Part shown: one piece after another, positions 1 through 8,966 of the stretch
Numbering within the stretch: position 1 is the first letter of the stretch
Layout of the letters: the number at the start of each line of letters is the position of its first letter
NCBI GenBank assembly: GCA_029561455.1
Contig: JAKQIY010000064.1
Coordinates: 53,579-117,578 of the forward strand
Reading direction: 5' to 3'
Origin: a bacterium
Lineage (GTDB): Bacteria > Zhuqueibacterota > Zhuqueibacteria > Residuimicrobiales > Krinioviventaceae
DNA: 64,000 nucleotides
The notes under the pieces: generated by a model
Told to the model about the DNA's origin: nothing
The model's input: only the letters and a program-made list of their open reading frames with translations
The model's database searches: none
Program-made: the position numbers and the translations under genes

Positions 1-208
1 CACCATACTGTTTTCCCTTATCGCGACCATCAATAACCAGACCGTGAGTGGGATTGGCAGGCTGTATCAATAGCTGCGAATTGTTTGCATCTGCGGTGTT
101 GATGGTAATAAAATTATCATTGTCGGATAAAGAAGCGGTTTCGGGCACATCAGCCCAGGTAAAAGCGGTTACAAACATACTAAAAACCGTAACAACAACT
201 TTATACAT
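1..208 (-). CDS. Secreted protein, N-terminal part only (runs off window)
   Basis: GGAGGAGG RBS before ATG at 208. Translation MYKVVVTVFSMFVTAFTWADVPETASL... looks like a Sec signal peptide and stays open to the window edge. Not in ORF track. Confidence 0.65.
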   Translation of the reverse strand, partial: MYKVVVTVFSMFVTAFTWADVPETASLSDNDNFITINTADANNSQLLIQPANPTHGLVIDGRDKGKQYG

Positions 209-289
209 AATTCCTCCTCCGGTGAAACAAACAGATTATAATGATATTTAACGTTTTAGCACGCTGCTTGTTCCTTTCCTACATGGCGC

Positions 290-1762
290 TCAAGAAAACA
301 AATGCCGGTGTTTTGCATAAGCATCATTCCAGGCGTTCCGGTCTTGAGGTTCATAATGCTTTAATTGAAAAGAATTGCGAATTATCTCCCGGCCCTGGTT
401 TACCGATGCCAGTTCGCCGCGGGCAATTGCCTGCACCATAATATTACCCAGTGCGGTCGCTTCCACCGGTCCCGCCACCACCGGCAGACCGGTAGCATTA
501 GCGGCAAACTGGTTGAGCAGTTCGTTTTGCGAGCCGCCGCCAACAATATGCAAGGTTGTAACCGGCTCGTCGATCATACTGTTGATCTTTTCAATCACAT
601 ACCGGTATTTTAAAGCCAGGCTCTCCAGAATGGCGCGCACAAACTCGCCTTTGCCGGTGGGAGCCGGTTGCCCGGTATTGTTGCAATAACCGGTAATCGC
701 TTCCGGCATATCCGGCGGATTCAAAAATACCGGGGCATCGGGGTCAACAATCGAACGGAACGGCGCCGCCTGGGCAGCAGCGGCCAGTAATTCATCATAA
801 TCACCAGCGCTGCCCTGGTTTGCCCAGTTCTTGCGGCAGCTTTGCAGCAGCCACAAACCCATAATATTTTTCAAAAACCGGATCGTCCCGTTAACGCCGC
901 CTTCATTGGTAAAATTATTCTCCCGCGAAGCCGGTGTAATGACCGGTTTTTCTGCTTCTATACCCATCAGCGACCATGTGCCGCTGCTGAGATATGCCCA
1001 GCCTTTGCCCTGCGCCGGTACAGCGGCAATGGCGCTGGCCGTATCATGACAACCCGGGGCAATAACATCAATTTCAGGGGCCCCGGTCTCCGCCATGATC
1101 TCCGGCATTATTTTACCCACACAGGTTCCGGGCGGGACGATTTCAGCCATCACATCGATCGGTAACGCCAGGCGGGCAAATAATTCCGGTTCCCACTGTT
1201 TGCTAACCGCATTCAACAACTGCGAGGTGGAAGCAATGGAATATTCCGATACTTTTTCACCGGTAAACAGAAAATTCAGCAGATCAGGCATGAACAATAA
1301 TTTTTCCGCAATATCGAGCAGTGGATTATTTTCTTCGACCATACTGAATAATTGAAAAATGGTATTAAACTGCATGAACTGGATACCGGTAATTCGATAA
1401 ATATCTGCCGCAGGAACAATATTAAAAACCTTATCCATCATCCCGTCGGTGCGCGCATCCCGGTAACAATAGGGATTCCCCAGCAGCACGTTATTACGCC
1501 CAACCAAACCGAAATCTACACCCCAGGTATCAACACCCAGGCTGCTGATCTGGCGATGGCCGTTTTTAAACGCCAGGGATAATGCGTATTTCATTTCTGT
1601 AAATAATCGTATTATATCCCAGTGATAATGCCCCATTATCTGCGCCTGGGTATTTTCGAACCGATGTATTTCCTGTAAAGATATCTTGCCCTTTTCTATT
1701 GCGCCAATAATTCCGCGCCCGCTACTGGCGCCCAGATCAAAAGCCAAATACTCGCTAACCAT
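290..1762 (-). CDS. rhaB: Rhamnulokinase (FGGY sugar kinase)
   Basis: DLGASSGR, DTWGVDFG, CHDTASA, SSGTWSLMG, FTNEGG, GGGSQN and GPVEATALGN motifs. Confidence 0.88.
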   Translation of the reverse strand: MVSEYLAFDLGASSGRGIIGAIEKGKISLQEIHRFENTQAQIMGHYHWDIIRLFTEMKYALSLAFKNGHRQISSLGVDTWGVDFGLVGRNNVLLGNPYCYRDARTDGMMDKVFNIVPAADIYRITGIQFMQFNTIFQLFSMVEENNPLLDIAEKLLFMPDLLNFLFTGEKVSEYSIASTSQLLNAVSKQWEPELFARLALPIDVMAEIVPPGTCVGKIMPEIMAETGAPEIDVIAPGCHDTASAIAAVPAQGKGWAYLSSGTWSLMGIEAEKPVITPASRENNFTNEGGVNGTIRFLKNIMGLWLLQSCRKNWANQGSAGDYDELLAAAAQAAPFRSIVDPDAPVFLNPPDMPEAITGYCNNTGQPAPTGKGEFVRAILESLALKYRYVIEKINSMIDEPVTTLHIVGGGSQNELLNQFAANATGLPVVAGPVEATALGNIMVQAIARGELASVNQGREIIRNSFQLKHYEPQDRNAWNDAYAKHRHLFS

Positions 1763-1816
1763 GCAGAAAAACCTTTCGATAATGTATTTTAAACGATAGA
1801 GTTCTGTTCCACACCT

Positions 1817-3001
1817 TTATTCTGCCAGTAACTGAATAACTCCTTTTTCCAGTTTGTCTTCCGTAGCTTTGCCGGAACCAATGGCGTAAATCCTGACCAG
1901 GCCTTTTTTATCGATCAGGGCAATATGCGGAATACCCATGACTCCCCAGGCGGTGGCGTTCTTCATACCATCCTCGACGCTGGCAATGGCATAAGGGAAT
2001 TGAATTTCATGATGCTGTTTGAATTTTTCGATCCAGGGTAATTCTTCTTCCGGTGTAATGTTTTGTAAATTTTGATTTAACTGATTGAACCGGCCATAAA
2101 ACCGGGTTACACCGATAATTTCCAATCCTTTATCATGGTATTCAGTGTATAATTTCTTTAGATGTGGAAATGTTGCCCGGCAGGGACCGCACCAGGGCGC
2201 CCAAAAGTCGACTATGACCACTTTGCCTTGAAAATCCTTGATCTGTATTGGTTCCGAGCCGATCCAGGTCGATGCCAAAATATCCGGCGCCGGTTTGCCG
2301 ATCAGGTTGAACAGGTTCAGTTTCGTTGAGACACGATTTTGCATACCCGGATCGCTTTCGGGTTGGTTTTGCAAATTATTTAACAATGTGTATGCCGAAT
2401 CTTTCTGCCCGGTATTAAAAAGGATTTCTGCTTTATCAAGAACAAAAAGTGGGGCTACAGTATTATCCAATGTTGTTAACGCCTCATCGATTACAGCCAG
2501 CGCTTCAGTAGTGTTACTCTGTTCCAGGTAACCGTACTCTAAATAATCATAATAATTTTGCGGCTGTTCCGGGTTGAGCGGCTTGATATTTTTATTAAAC
2601 AATGCGCGGGCTTGTTCAACCTTGCCGTTGTCGATCAATAATTCAAACAATAGCTCCAGATGTTTCAGATCAACAGTTGCGGAATCAAAGCGCTGCAAAG
2701 CGATAATTGCCTGTTCATACTTTTCAGCAAAATTGAACAACTTTCCGGCGGCATACGATTCTTCCAGGCTAATTTTGTTGACTTTAATTTTATCGGTATA
2801 TTGAATCGCCAGTTGCTTTTGCGCAGCCAACAAGCTGTCCCGGTTGCTGCCGGGCGTCAGGGCGCCTTTGATCATGACACTATCCACCAACGCAGCGGCT
2901 TGCTGAATATCCGGTTTTTGCGTATCCCGGCAGCTTGTTGATACAAAAACAAGCATTGACATAAATGCGATCAGGACAACAAAGAAATTTCTGGTTTTCA
3001 T
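1817..3001 (-). CDS. TlpA/ResA-family thiol-disulfide oxidoreductase lipoprotein with TPR-like N-region
   Basis: Lipobox-like VSTSC; helical repeats; DFWAPWCGPC thioredoxin motif; GIPH cis-Pro motif. Confidence 0.85.
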   Translation of the reverse strand: MKTRNFFVVLIAFMSMLVFVSTSCRDTQKPDIQQAAALVDSVMIKGALTPGSNRDSLLAAQKQLAIQYTDKIKVNKISLEESYAAGKLFNFAEKYEQAIIALQRFDSATVDLKHLELLFELLIDNGKVEQARALFNKNIKPLNPEQPQNYYDYLEYGYLEQSNTTEALAVIDEALTTLDNTVAPLFVLDKAEILFNTGQKDSAYTLLNNLQNQPESDPGMQNRVSTKLNLFNLIGKPAPDILASTWIGSEPIQIKDFQGKVVIVDFWAPWCGPCRATFPHLKKLYTEYHDKGLEIIGVTRFYGRFNQLNQNLQNITPEEELPWIEKFKQHHEIQFPYAIASVEDGMKNATAWGVMGIPHIALIDKKGLVRIYAIGSGKATEDKLEKGVIQLLAE

Positions 3002-3098
3002 AAGGATTCCTGAATTTATTAAGTCTTTCCATGATTAATTAACGGCAGGTTTATTGGTAAATATACAAATTCCGGGTTGGCTTTCAAAGTTATTTCAT

Positions 3099-3133
3099 AA
3101 AAAAAATCCCGGCAGCATACACTTTCCGGGATT
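3099..3133 (-). terminator. Intrinsic terminator after the Mrp operon
   Basis: ATCCCGG...CCGGGAT stem followed by a T-run on the minus strand; a second hairpin TAACCGGCAT/ATGCCGGTTA lies at 3158-3188. Confidence 0.6.
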
Positions 3134-3195
3134 ATAAAAAATACATTGTCAGTATAATAACCGGCATCCTTTACAGGTATGCCGGTTAATTAATA

Positions 3196-4419
3196 CTAAT
3201 GATCGCACATATTTTCACCGGCGATCAATTCTTTTTTCACATGCGCGCAAACCAGGTTTTCCGGAGTATCGACAGCAGCGCCGATAAAAACTTCAATCCC
3301 GGCATCTATGAACAAATTTTTGGCGCGTTCACCCATACCGCCGGCAATGATCACATGTACACCTTGTTCATGTAACCATTTGGGCAGAATACCGGGTTCG
3401 TGCGGTGGTGGATTTTTGATCTCTGTCTTGATAATTTTATTTTGTTCCAGGTCGTAATCAATCAAAGCAAACTTGTCGCTGTGACCAAAGTGCTGGCATA
3501 ACTTGCCGTCGGTAACTGGAATTCCGTAACGTTTGATATTCTCCGGTAATTTTTCCGGTTCGGCTGGCTGCGGTTCAGCTTGCGGTACAGGCTTGGAATC
3601 GCCAATAAATGTCAGTAAATTCTGGATTATTATATCGATCTTTTTGGCAGTTTCGGATTTTCCATAGTAATAAATATACGGCCGGCCTTCATCGCTGGCG
3701 GTAACTATATCCGGTTCCAGGGGAATTTGTCCTAAAAAGTTGACATTCATATCTTTAGCCATAACTTGACCGCCGCCGGATTTAAATATATCAGTCTTTT
3801 CATGGCAGTGAGGACATATAAAACCGCTCATGTTTTCTATAACACCCAAAACCGGCAGCTTGACTTTATCACAAAAAGTGATCGAACGCCGCACATCCGA
3901 AACCGACAAATCCTGCGGGGTGGTAACCACAACTGCTCCGGTAGGATTCTTGATGATCTGCACTACAGAAAGCGGTTCATCGCCGGTTCCGGGAGGGGAA
4001 TCGATAATAAAATAATCCAGTTCGCCCCAGTTCACATCTTTGATCAGTTGTTTGATCGCGCCCATTTTCATCGGCCCGCGCCAGATCACCGCATCATCTT
4101 TGCTTTTTAGCAACATACCCAGCGACATAACCTTAAGATTGGTGCCATAAACAAGCGGATTGATGCCGTTTTCATCGGTATGAATAGTTTCATGCTCCAA
4201 TCCCAACAATTTGGGAATACTGGGGCCATGAAAATCAATATCCAGCAGTCCGGTTTTAAAGCCATTCAGTCCCAACGAAATAGCCAGGTTTGCGGCAACC
4301 GTGCTTTTTCCAACTCCGCCCTTGCCGGATAGCACCATTATTTTGTGCTTGAATTGATCCAGTTTTTTGGTCAATTCCAGTTCTTCCATCATCATATCGG
4401 CATTTTCTTCATGTGCCAT
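3196..4419 (-). CDS. Mrp/NBP35 Fe-S carrier ATPase fused to C-terminal NifB/NifX-like domain
   Basis: SGKGGVGKST, IWRGP, DSPPGTGDE, ENMS..CPHC; C-terminal HFGH...PPPHEPG...GGMG...CDH. Confidence 0.9.
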   Translation of the reverse strand: MAHEENADMMMEELELTKKLDQFKHKIMVLSGKGGVGKSTVAANLAISLGLNGFKTGLLDIDFHGPSIPKLLGLEHETIHTDENGINPLVYGTNLKVMSLGMLLKSKDDAVIWRGPMKMGAIKQLIKDVNWGELDYFIIDSPPGTGDEPLSVVQIIKNPTGAVVVTTPQDLSVSDVRRSITFCDKVKLPVLGVIENMSGFICPHCHEKTDIFKSGGGQVMAKDMNVNFLGQIPLEPDIVTASDEGRPYIYYYGKSETAKKIDIIIQNLLTFIGDSKPVPQAEPQPAEPEKLPENIKRYGIPVTDGKLCQHFGHSDKFALIDYDLEQNKIIKTEIKNPPPHEPGILPKWLHEQGVHVIIAGGMGERAKNLFIDAGIEVFIGAAVDTPENLVCAHVKKELIAGENMCDH

Positions 4420-4437
4420 AATCTATCCTTTGGTTTA

Positions 4438-5301
4438 TTATATATTTAGTATGGTTTGTATTTTTTGCCATAATTGCCGAAATCTTGTGTTCAGGCCGAC
4501 GTCATTTAGCATAAAAACACTTTTACCAAGCTTTTGCGCCAGCAGTATATTTGCATTATAAGGTATTTCCGCTAAAATTTCAATATTATTTTTTTTTCCA
4601 TATTCGGTTATTTCTTTGGTTATATCAGCATTTATATCACACTTGTTGATACAAAGAGCAGCCGGCACATTAAAATGCCGCGCCAGGGCAACGGTTCTCT
4701 TCATATCATGCACAGCCGAAAGCGATGGTTCCGTAACTATCAACAACAAATCGGCGCCGCCCAGTGATGCAATAACCGGGCAGCCGGTTCCGGGCGGACC
4801 ATCTACCAAAATCATGCCGGATTTTCCAGTTTCAGCAATTTCTTTGGCTTTGGTTCGTACCTTGCTCACTAATTTACCGGAATTTTCTTCCCCGGCGTCA
4901 AGCCGGGCATGTACCATAGGCCCCCGCGCCGTTGCCGAGATAAAAAGCACACCGGACTGATGGTCATGCAAACTAATGGCTTTTTCCGGACAGTTCCATA
5001 CACAAACAGCGCAGCCTTCGCAATTCACAGGATCAATACGGAAATCTGTCGTAATAGCGTCAAAGCGGCATAACTCCCGGCAGCGTCCGCATTGCGTACA
5101 GAGATCACTGTCGATAACCGGCTTGGGCATTCCCCAAAACGGCTCTTCCGAAATAATTTGTGGTTTCAGCACCAGGTGCAAATCGGCGGCATCCACATCA
5201 CAATCGGCAAAGACAGCATTTTCCGCCAGGTACGCCAGAGCCCCGGTAACGCTGGTCTTTCCGGTGCCGCCTTTACCGCTGATGATAACCAGTTCTTTCA
5301 T
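4438..5301 (-). CDS. MinD-superfamily P-loop ATPase with inserted 2x[4Fe-4S] ferredoxin
   Basis: SGKGGTGKT, DCDVDA, CTQCGRCRELC, CEGCAVCVWNCP, DGPPGTGCP. Confidence 0.88.
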   Translation of the reverse strand: MKELVIISGKGGTGKTSVTGALAYLAENAVFADCDVDAADLHLVLKPQIISEEPFWGMPKPVIDSDLCTQCGRCRELCRFDAITTDFRIDPVNCEGCAVCVWNCPEKAISLHDHQSGVLFISATARGPMVHARLDAGEENSGKLVSKVRTKAKEIAETGKSGMILVDGPPGTGCPVIASLGGADLLLIVTEPSLSAVHDMKRTVALARHFNVPAALCINKCDINADITKEITEYGKKNNIEILAEIPYNANILLAQKLGKSVFMLNDVGLNTRFRQLWQKIQTILNI

Positions 5302-6146
5302 ACGGCGGCGAGTTCCTTTATGTTATTATACAAGGCAATGAACACCTTTTTATAGTCCGGCAGCCGGTCTACCAGTAAACAGCCGCCGGAATAGATTTTA
5401 GCGATTGTTAAATCAAACGGGAGTTCCGATAACACGTGGATATTTTCTGTAATGCAGTAATGCAACACATTCGGATAAGCAGAATCCGCTTTGTTAATGA
5501 CAACGCCAAAAGGGATATGTAGTTTTTTGACCACTTGTACGGCAATTTTCAGATCATGCAAACCAAATGGCGACGCTTCGGCAACCAATACAACATAATC
5601 GGTATCTTTAATTGCCGCAATAACAGGACATGAAGCGCCCGGCGGCGCATCAATAATTGTTATAGCCGCAGGGTCAATACACTTTTTCATCTCATTGATT
5701 ACCGGCGGGGCTTTGGCTTCACCGATTAGTAAAAACCCGGTGGTTAATTTAACAGCGCTGGAATGTCCCGTTTCAATATTTCCGGTTACCTTATCCGTCT
5801 CCATTATTGCCGCTTGCGGACAGGCAACAACACAGCCGCCGCAGGAATGACAAAGCTCCGGGAAGACCAGCACACTTTTGCCGAAAACCCCGATAGCGTG
5901 ATATGCACAGACCTCGTTGCACCGGTTGCACAAATTACAACGGTTATGATCAATAGCCGGAACAGGCATAACCACATCGGTTCGGCTTTCAATGACCGGC
6001 TTGAAAAATAAATGATCATTGGGCGCTTCTACATCGCAGTCCAGTAAATGAACAACATGTCCGCTTTCTGTCAAAGCAGCAGCCAGATTGGTCGCCAACA
6101 GAGTTTTGCCGGTGCCGCCCTTGCCGCTGGCAATGCTGATGATCAT
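5298..6146 (-). CDS. MinD-superfamily P-loop ATPase with inserted 2x[4Fe-4S] ferredoxin (paralog)
   Basis: SGKGGTGKT, DCDVEAPN, CNLCNRCNEVC, CHSCGGCVVACP. Start moved to MIISIASGK at 6146 to avoid overlap with the upstream gene. Confidence 0.86.
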   Translation of the reverse strand: MIISIASGKGGTGKTLLATNLAAALTESGHVVHLLDCDVEAPNDHLFFKPVIESRTDVVMPVPAIDHNRCNLCNRCNEVCAYHAIGVFGKSVLVFPELCHSCGGCVVACPQAAIMETDKVTGNIETGHSSAVKLTTGFLLIGEAKAPPVINEMKKCIDPAAITIIDAPPGASCPVIAAIKDTDYVVLVAEASPFGLHDLKIAVQVVKKLHIPFGVVINKADSAYPNVLHYCITENIHVLSELPFDLTIAKIYSGGCLLVDRLPDYKKVFIALYNNIKELAAV

Positions 6147-6148
6147 GG

Positions 6149-6373
6149 TTATGCCCCCTCGCGGCGATCCCTGGTCATCAGGCAGCCGCATTTCGGACAC
6201 TTTTGCTGGCTGCATTGTTCACCACGTACATGCGCAGTTCTTTCACCGCATTGGGGACAAACACACGTGCCACCTGCGCCCTGAAAGCGCCCACCGCGGC
6301 CCTGCCCTTTACCTGCGCCTTTTTGACAACCGGCATTCCGTCCCATCGGACCTGTACCATCTCCTCTAGGCAT
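6149..6373 (-). CDS. Small Gly-rich DUF5320-like protein with CxxC zinc/iron ribbon
   Basis: MPRGDGTGPMG start; CVCPQCG...CPKCG; AGGAGG RBS. Confidence 0.75.
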   Translation of the reverse strand: MPRGDGTGPMGRNAGCQKGAGKGQGRGGRFQGAGGTCVCPQCGERTAHVRGEQCSQQKCPKCGCLMTRDRREGA

Positions 6374-6391
6374 AGTTATTACCTCCTTAAA

Positions 6392-6757
6392 TTAAGCCCA
6401 ATGTCCTTCAACATCGGCATTAGTCGCCGGCTGGATAGCGCCGGAATTATATTTATCAATCGCTTCCTGTACGGTTCCGGTCAGACCGACATATACCGGA
6501 ATTCCGGCGGCCTGTAAGGCGCGAAACGCTTTGGGGCCGCAATGCGCGGATAAAAGCGCAGCAGCCCCGGCATCGATGATATGTCTTGCTGCCTGTACTC
6601 CGGCGCCGCTGGGGGTGTTGACAACTTGCGAGTTGCTGATATATTCTACTGTTCTTGAATCCGGATCATAAATAGCAAAAAAAGCGGCGCGGCCAAATTG
6701 CGGGCCAAGCAGCGCAGTTAATTTTTGTTCATTACAAGGTATAGCCAGTCTCATCAT
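6392..6757 (-). CDS. NifB/NifX (FeMo-cofactor-binding-like) family protein
   Basis: FGRAAFF, GAGVQAA, CGPKAF, NADVEGHW. Start moved to MMRLAIP at 6757. Confidence 0.82.
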   Translation of the reverse strand: MMRLAIPCNEQKLTALLGPQFGRAAFFAIYDPDSRTVEYISNSQVVNTPSGAGVQAARHIIDAGAAALLSAHCGPKAFRALQAAGIPVYVGLTGTVQEAIDKYNSGAIQPATNADVEGHWA

Positions 6758-7139
6758 TACTCCATTGTTTTTGATGTATTTTATCAATTTTTTCCAGAAA
6801 AGCATCGAGCGCCAGTTTGTACTGCCGCAGGGATTCAGCCCACAATTGCAAGTTCTCAATTCCAAGCGGTGTAATTGTATACAGACGCTTGGCCGGGCCG
6901 GTTCCACTTGTATCCCATTGCGAAACCACAAGGCCGTTTTCCTCTAGGTGACGTAAGGTCCGGTAAATTGCTCCCGGATCACCCTGGGTTGCAACAAATC
7001 CTAATTCCGGAAGATCGGTCATTAATTCATAACCATGCCGGGGTTGCTCCCATAACATGTATAGAATTGACGGTTCAACCCAGCGGGTTTTCCGTCCCGC
7101 ATGGCAGCCGCAGCCGTGTCCAAATCCTTCTTGCATCAC
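6732..7139 (-). CDS. PadR-family transcriptional regulator
   Basis: HGYEL, GAIYRTLRHLEENGLV, GPAKRLYTITPLG wHTH signature; N-terminal GHGCGCH. Confidence 0.88.
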   Translation of the reverse strand: MMQEGFGHGCGCHAGRKTRWVEPSILYMLWEQPRHGYELMTDLPELGFVATQGDPGAIYRTLRHLEENGLVVSQWDTSGTGPAKRLYTITPLGIENLQLWAESLRQYKLALDAFLEKIDKIHQKQWSNDETGYTL

Positions 7140-7148
7140 TTTTCTCCA

Positions 7149-7171
7149 TATATATGTTAATTACATATATA
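7149..7171. promoter_or_regulatory. Putative PadR operator (inverted repeat)
   Basis: TATATATGT-taatt-ACATATATA with 9-bp arms containing ATGT/ACAT, immediately upstream of the padR RBS. Confidence 0.5.
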
Positions 7172-7253
7172 AGATAATATAATATATATAAAAAGCAAGA
7201 AAATTTTTTGGGATGATTTACATTCCCATAACAAGTCAAATGATAAATTTAAC

Positions 7254-7282
7254 TTGATTGTTATATTACAGTTTCATATTAT
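7254..7282 (+). promoter_or_regulatory. Sigma70-type promoter for rfaE1-gmhB
   Basis: TTGATT-N17-TATTAT. Confidence 0.45.
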
Positions 7283-7316
7283 GTACCGCAAATTTTAAAA
7301 ACCAAAACGGGAAATT

Positions 7317-8312
7317 ATGAAAAAATATTCGCTAAAACAGATCGAATTATTTATCCATAAAATTCAGCAGCAGCGTATTCTGGTCATCGGCGATTTAATG
7401 CTGGATCAGTTCATCTGGGGCAAGGTCAACCGCATATCCCCGGAAGCGCCGGTGCCGGTGGTGCATGTTACCCATGAATCCGCCTACCCCGGCGGCGCTG
7501 CCAATGTCGCCCGAAACATAGCCGATTTCGGCGGCCAGGCGACCATTTGCGGCATGGTTGGCAGTGATGTCCATGGTCAGGAATTACTGGCATTGTTGGG
7601 TCAATCCCGTATTAATACCGGCGGGGTAATCGTACGCAACGAGTATACCACTATAGTAAAAACCCGCATTATTGCCCGGCAGCAGCAGGTAGTGCGGGTC
7701 GACCGGGAATCCGTTGAACCTCTGATACCGGCCATGTATGCAGCTCTGCCGGAAAAGCTGGAACAGATTATCCACAATGTGGATGCAGTCATCATTGAAG
7801 ATTACGGTAAAGGATTTATTACCCAGCCGTTGGTAGATAAAGTTACTGCAATTTGCCGGACACATAACAAAATCATTACTGTAGACCCTAATCCGGGCAA
7901 CCCTCTGCAATGGCAGGGAGTTACCCTGGTTAAACCCAATCGCGCTGAAGCCTATCAGTCTGCGGGCCTACCCTACAATGAAGACAAACAGAGCTTGCTT
8001 CAAGTAGGCGAAACATTACTCAATAAATGGCAGTCGGCTGGTATTCTCATAACCCTTGGAGAAGACGGACTGATGTTGTTCCAGCCGCCGGAACAACCGT
8101 TCCATACGCCAACCAAAGCCAGGGAAGTATTCGATGTTTCCGGCGCCGGCGATACGGTGATCGCCTTTTATACTGCCGCCCTGGCAGCCGGATTGACAGG
8201 GGCTGAGGCTGCCCAGGTAGCCAACCATGCCGCCGGAATTGTCGTCGGCAAGCTGGGTACAGCTACTCTTACACCCGATGAATTATTAAAGAGTTTTCAG
8301 GATAATGAATAA
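7317..8312 (+). CDS. rfaE1: D-glycero-beta-D-manno-heptose-7-phosphate kinase (stand-alone HldA/RfaE domain I)
   Basis: GDLMLDQF..G.V.RISPEAPVPV, GGAANVA, DYGKG, DVSGAGDT, VVGKLGT. Confidence 0.92.
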   Translation: MKKYSLKQIELFIHKIQQQRILVIGDLMLDQFIWGKVNRISPEAPVPVVHVTHESAYPGGAANVARNIADFGGQATICGMVGSDVHGQELLALLGQSRINTGGVIVRNEYTTIVKTRIIARQQQVVRVDRESVEPLIPAMYAALPEKLEQIIHNVDAVIIEDYGKGFITQPLVDKVTAICRTHNKIITVDPNPGNPLQWQGVTLVKPNRAEAYQSAGLPYNEDKQSLLQVGETLLNKWQSAGILITLGEDGLMLFQPPEQPFHTPTKAREVFDVSGAGDTVIAFYTAALAAGLTGAEAAQVANHAAGIVVGKLGTATLTPDELLKSFQDNE

Positions 8313-8835
8313 AGCAATTTTTTTAGACCGGGATAATACCATCATTAAAGATGTCCCGTATAACGGCGATCCGGCTAAAGTGGAACTGGTTCCCGGCGTT
8401 ACCGAAGCATTAACCATACTGCAAAAAAACGGCTACCTCCTGATTATCATATCCAACCAGTCCGGGGTGGGACGCGGGATGATCACTAAAGAGCAGGTAC
8501 GGTTGGTTAATGACGAAATGATCCGCAAGTTAGGGAAAAATTATTTCACCGACATATTTATTTGTTGTGATGATCCGGAGCGACCGGTAGAAAACTGCCG
8601 CAAGCCTTCGCCGGAAATGATCTTTAGAGCGCGGGATAAATATGATATTGACCTGTCCCGTTCATTTTTTATTGGGGACAAGGAAGAGGATGTGCAGGCC
8701 GGGCATAATGCCGGATGTACCAGTATCCGGTTTTTATATAACGACAATAACAAAGGGATAGGAAAGTACAATATTAAACCGGGGTTTGCATCGGGTGACT
8801 GGCGGATAATCGCTGAATGGATATGCAGTAAATAA
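8305..8835 (+). CDS. gmhB: Heptose-1,7-bisphosphate phosphatase (HAD)
   Basis: FLDRDNT, SNQSGVGRG, CRKP, IGDK..D; overlaps the rfaE1 stop. Confidence 0.82.
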   Translation: MNKAIFLDRDNTIIKDVPYNGDPAKVELVPGVTEALTILQKNGYLLIIISNQSGVGRGMITKEQVRLVNDEMIRKLGKNYFTDIFICCDDPERPVENCRKPSPEMIFRARDKYDIDLSRSFFIGDKEEDVQAGHNAGCTSIRFLYNDNNKGIGKYNIKPGFASGDWRIIAEWICSK

Positions 8836-8858
8836 AGCAGGGAATAATTAAAATTTCA

Positions 8859-8887
8859 TTGCAAATTGTTAATATTCTGATTATAAT
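8859..8887 (+). promoter_or_regulatory. Sigma70-type promoter for the cytochrome operon
   Basis: TTGCAA-N17-TATAAT. Confidence 0.55.
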
Positions 8888-8966
8888 TAGATAAATCCTG
8901 TTGTACTCTAACATATAACAAGCGGAAATTTTTTCCACTATTACATGTATTCATCAGGAGGCATAA

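Noticed and set aside
3196-6757. Nitrogen fixation cluster
   Set aside because: Only NifX-like domains are present; no nifHDK/ENB.
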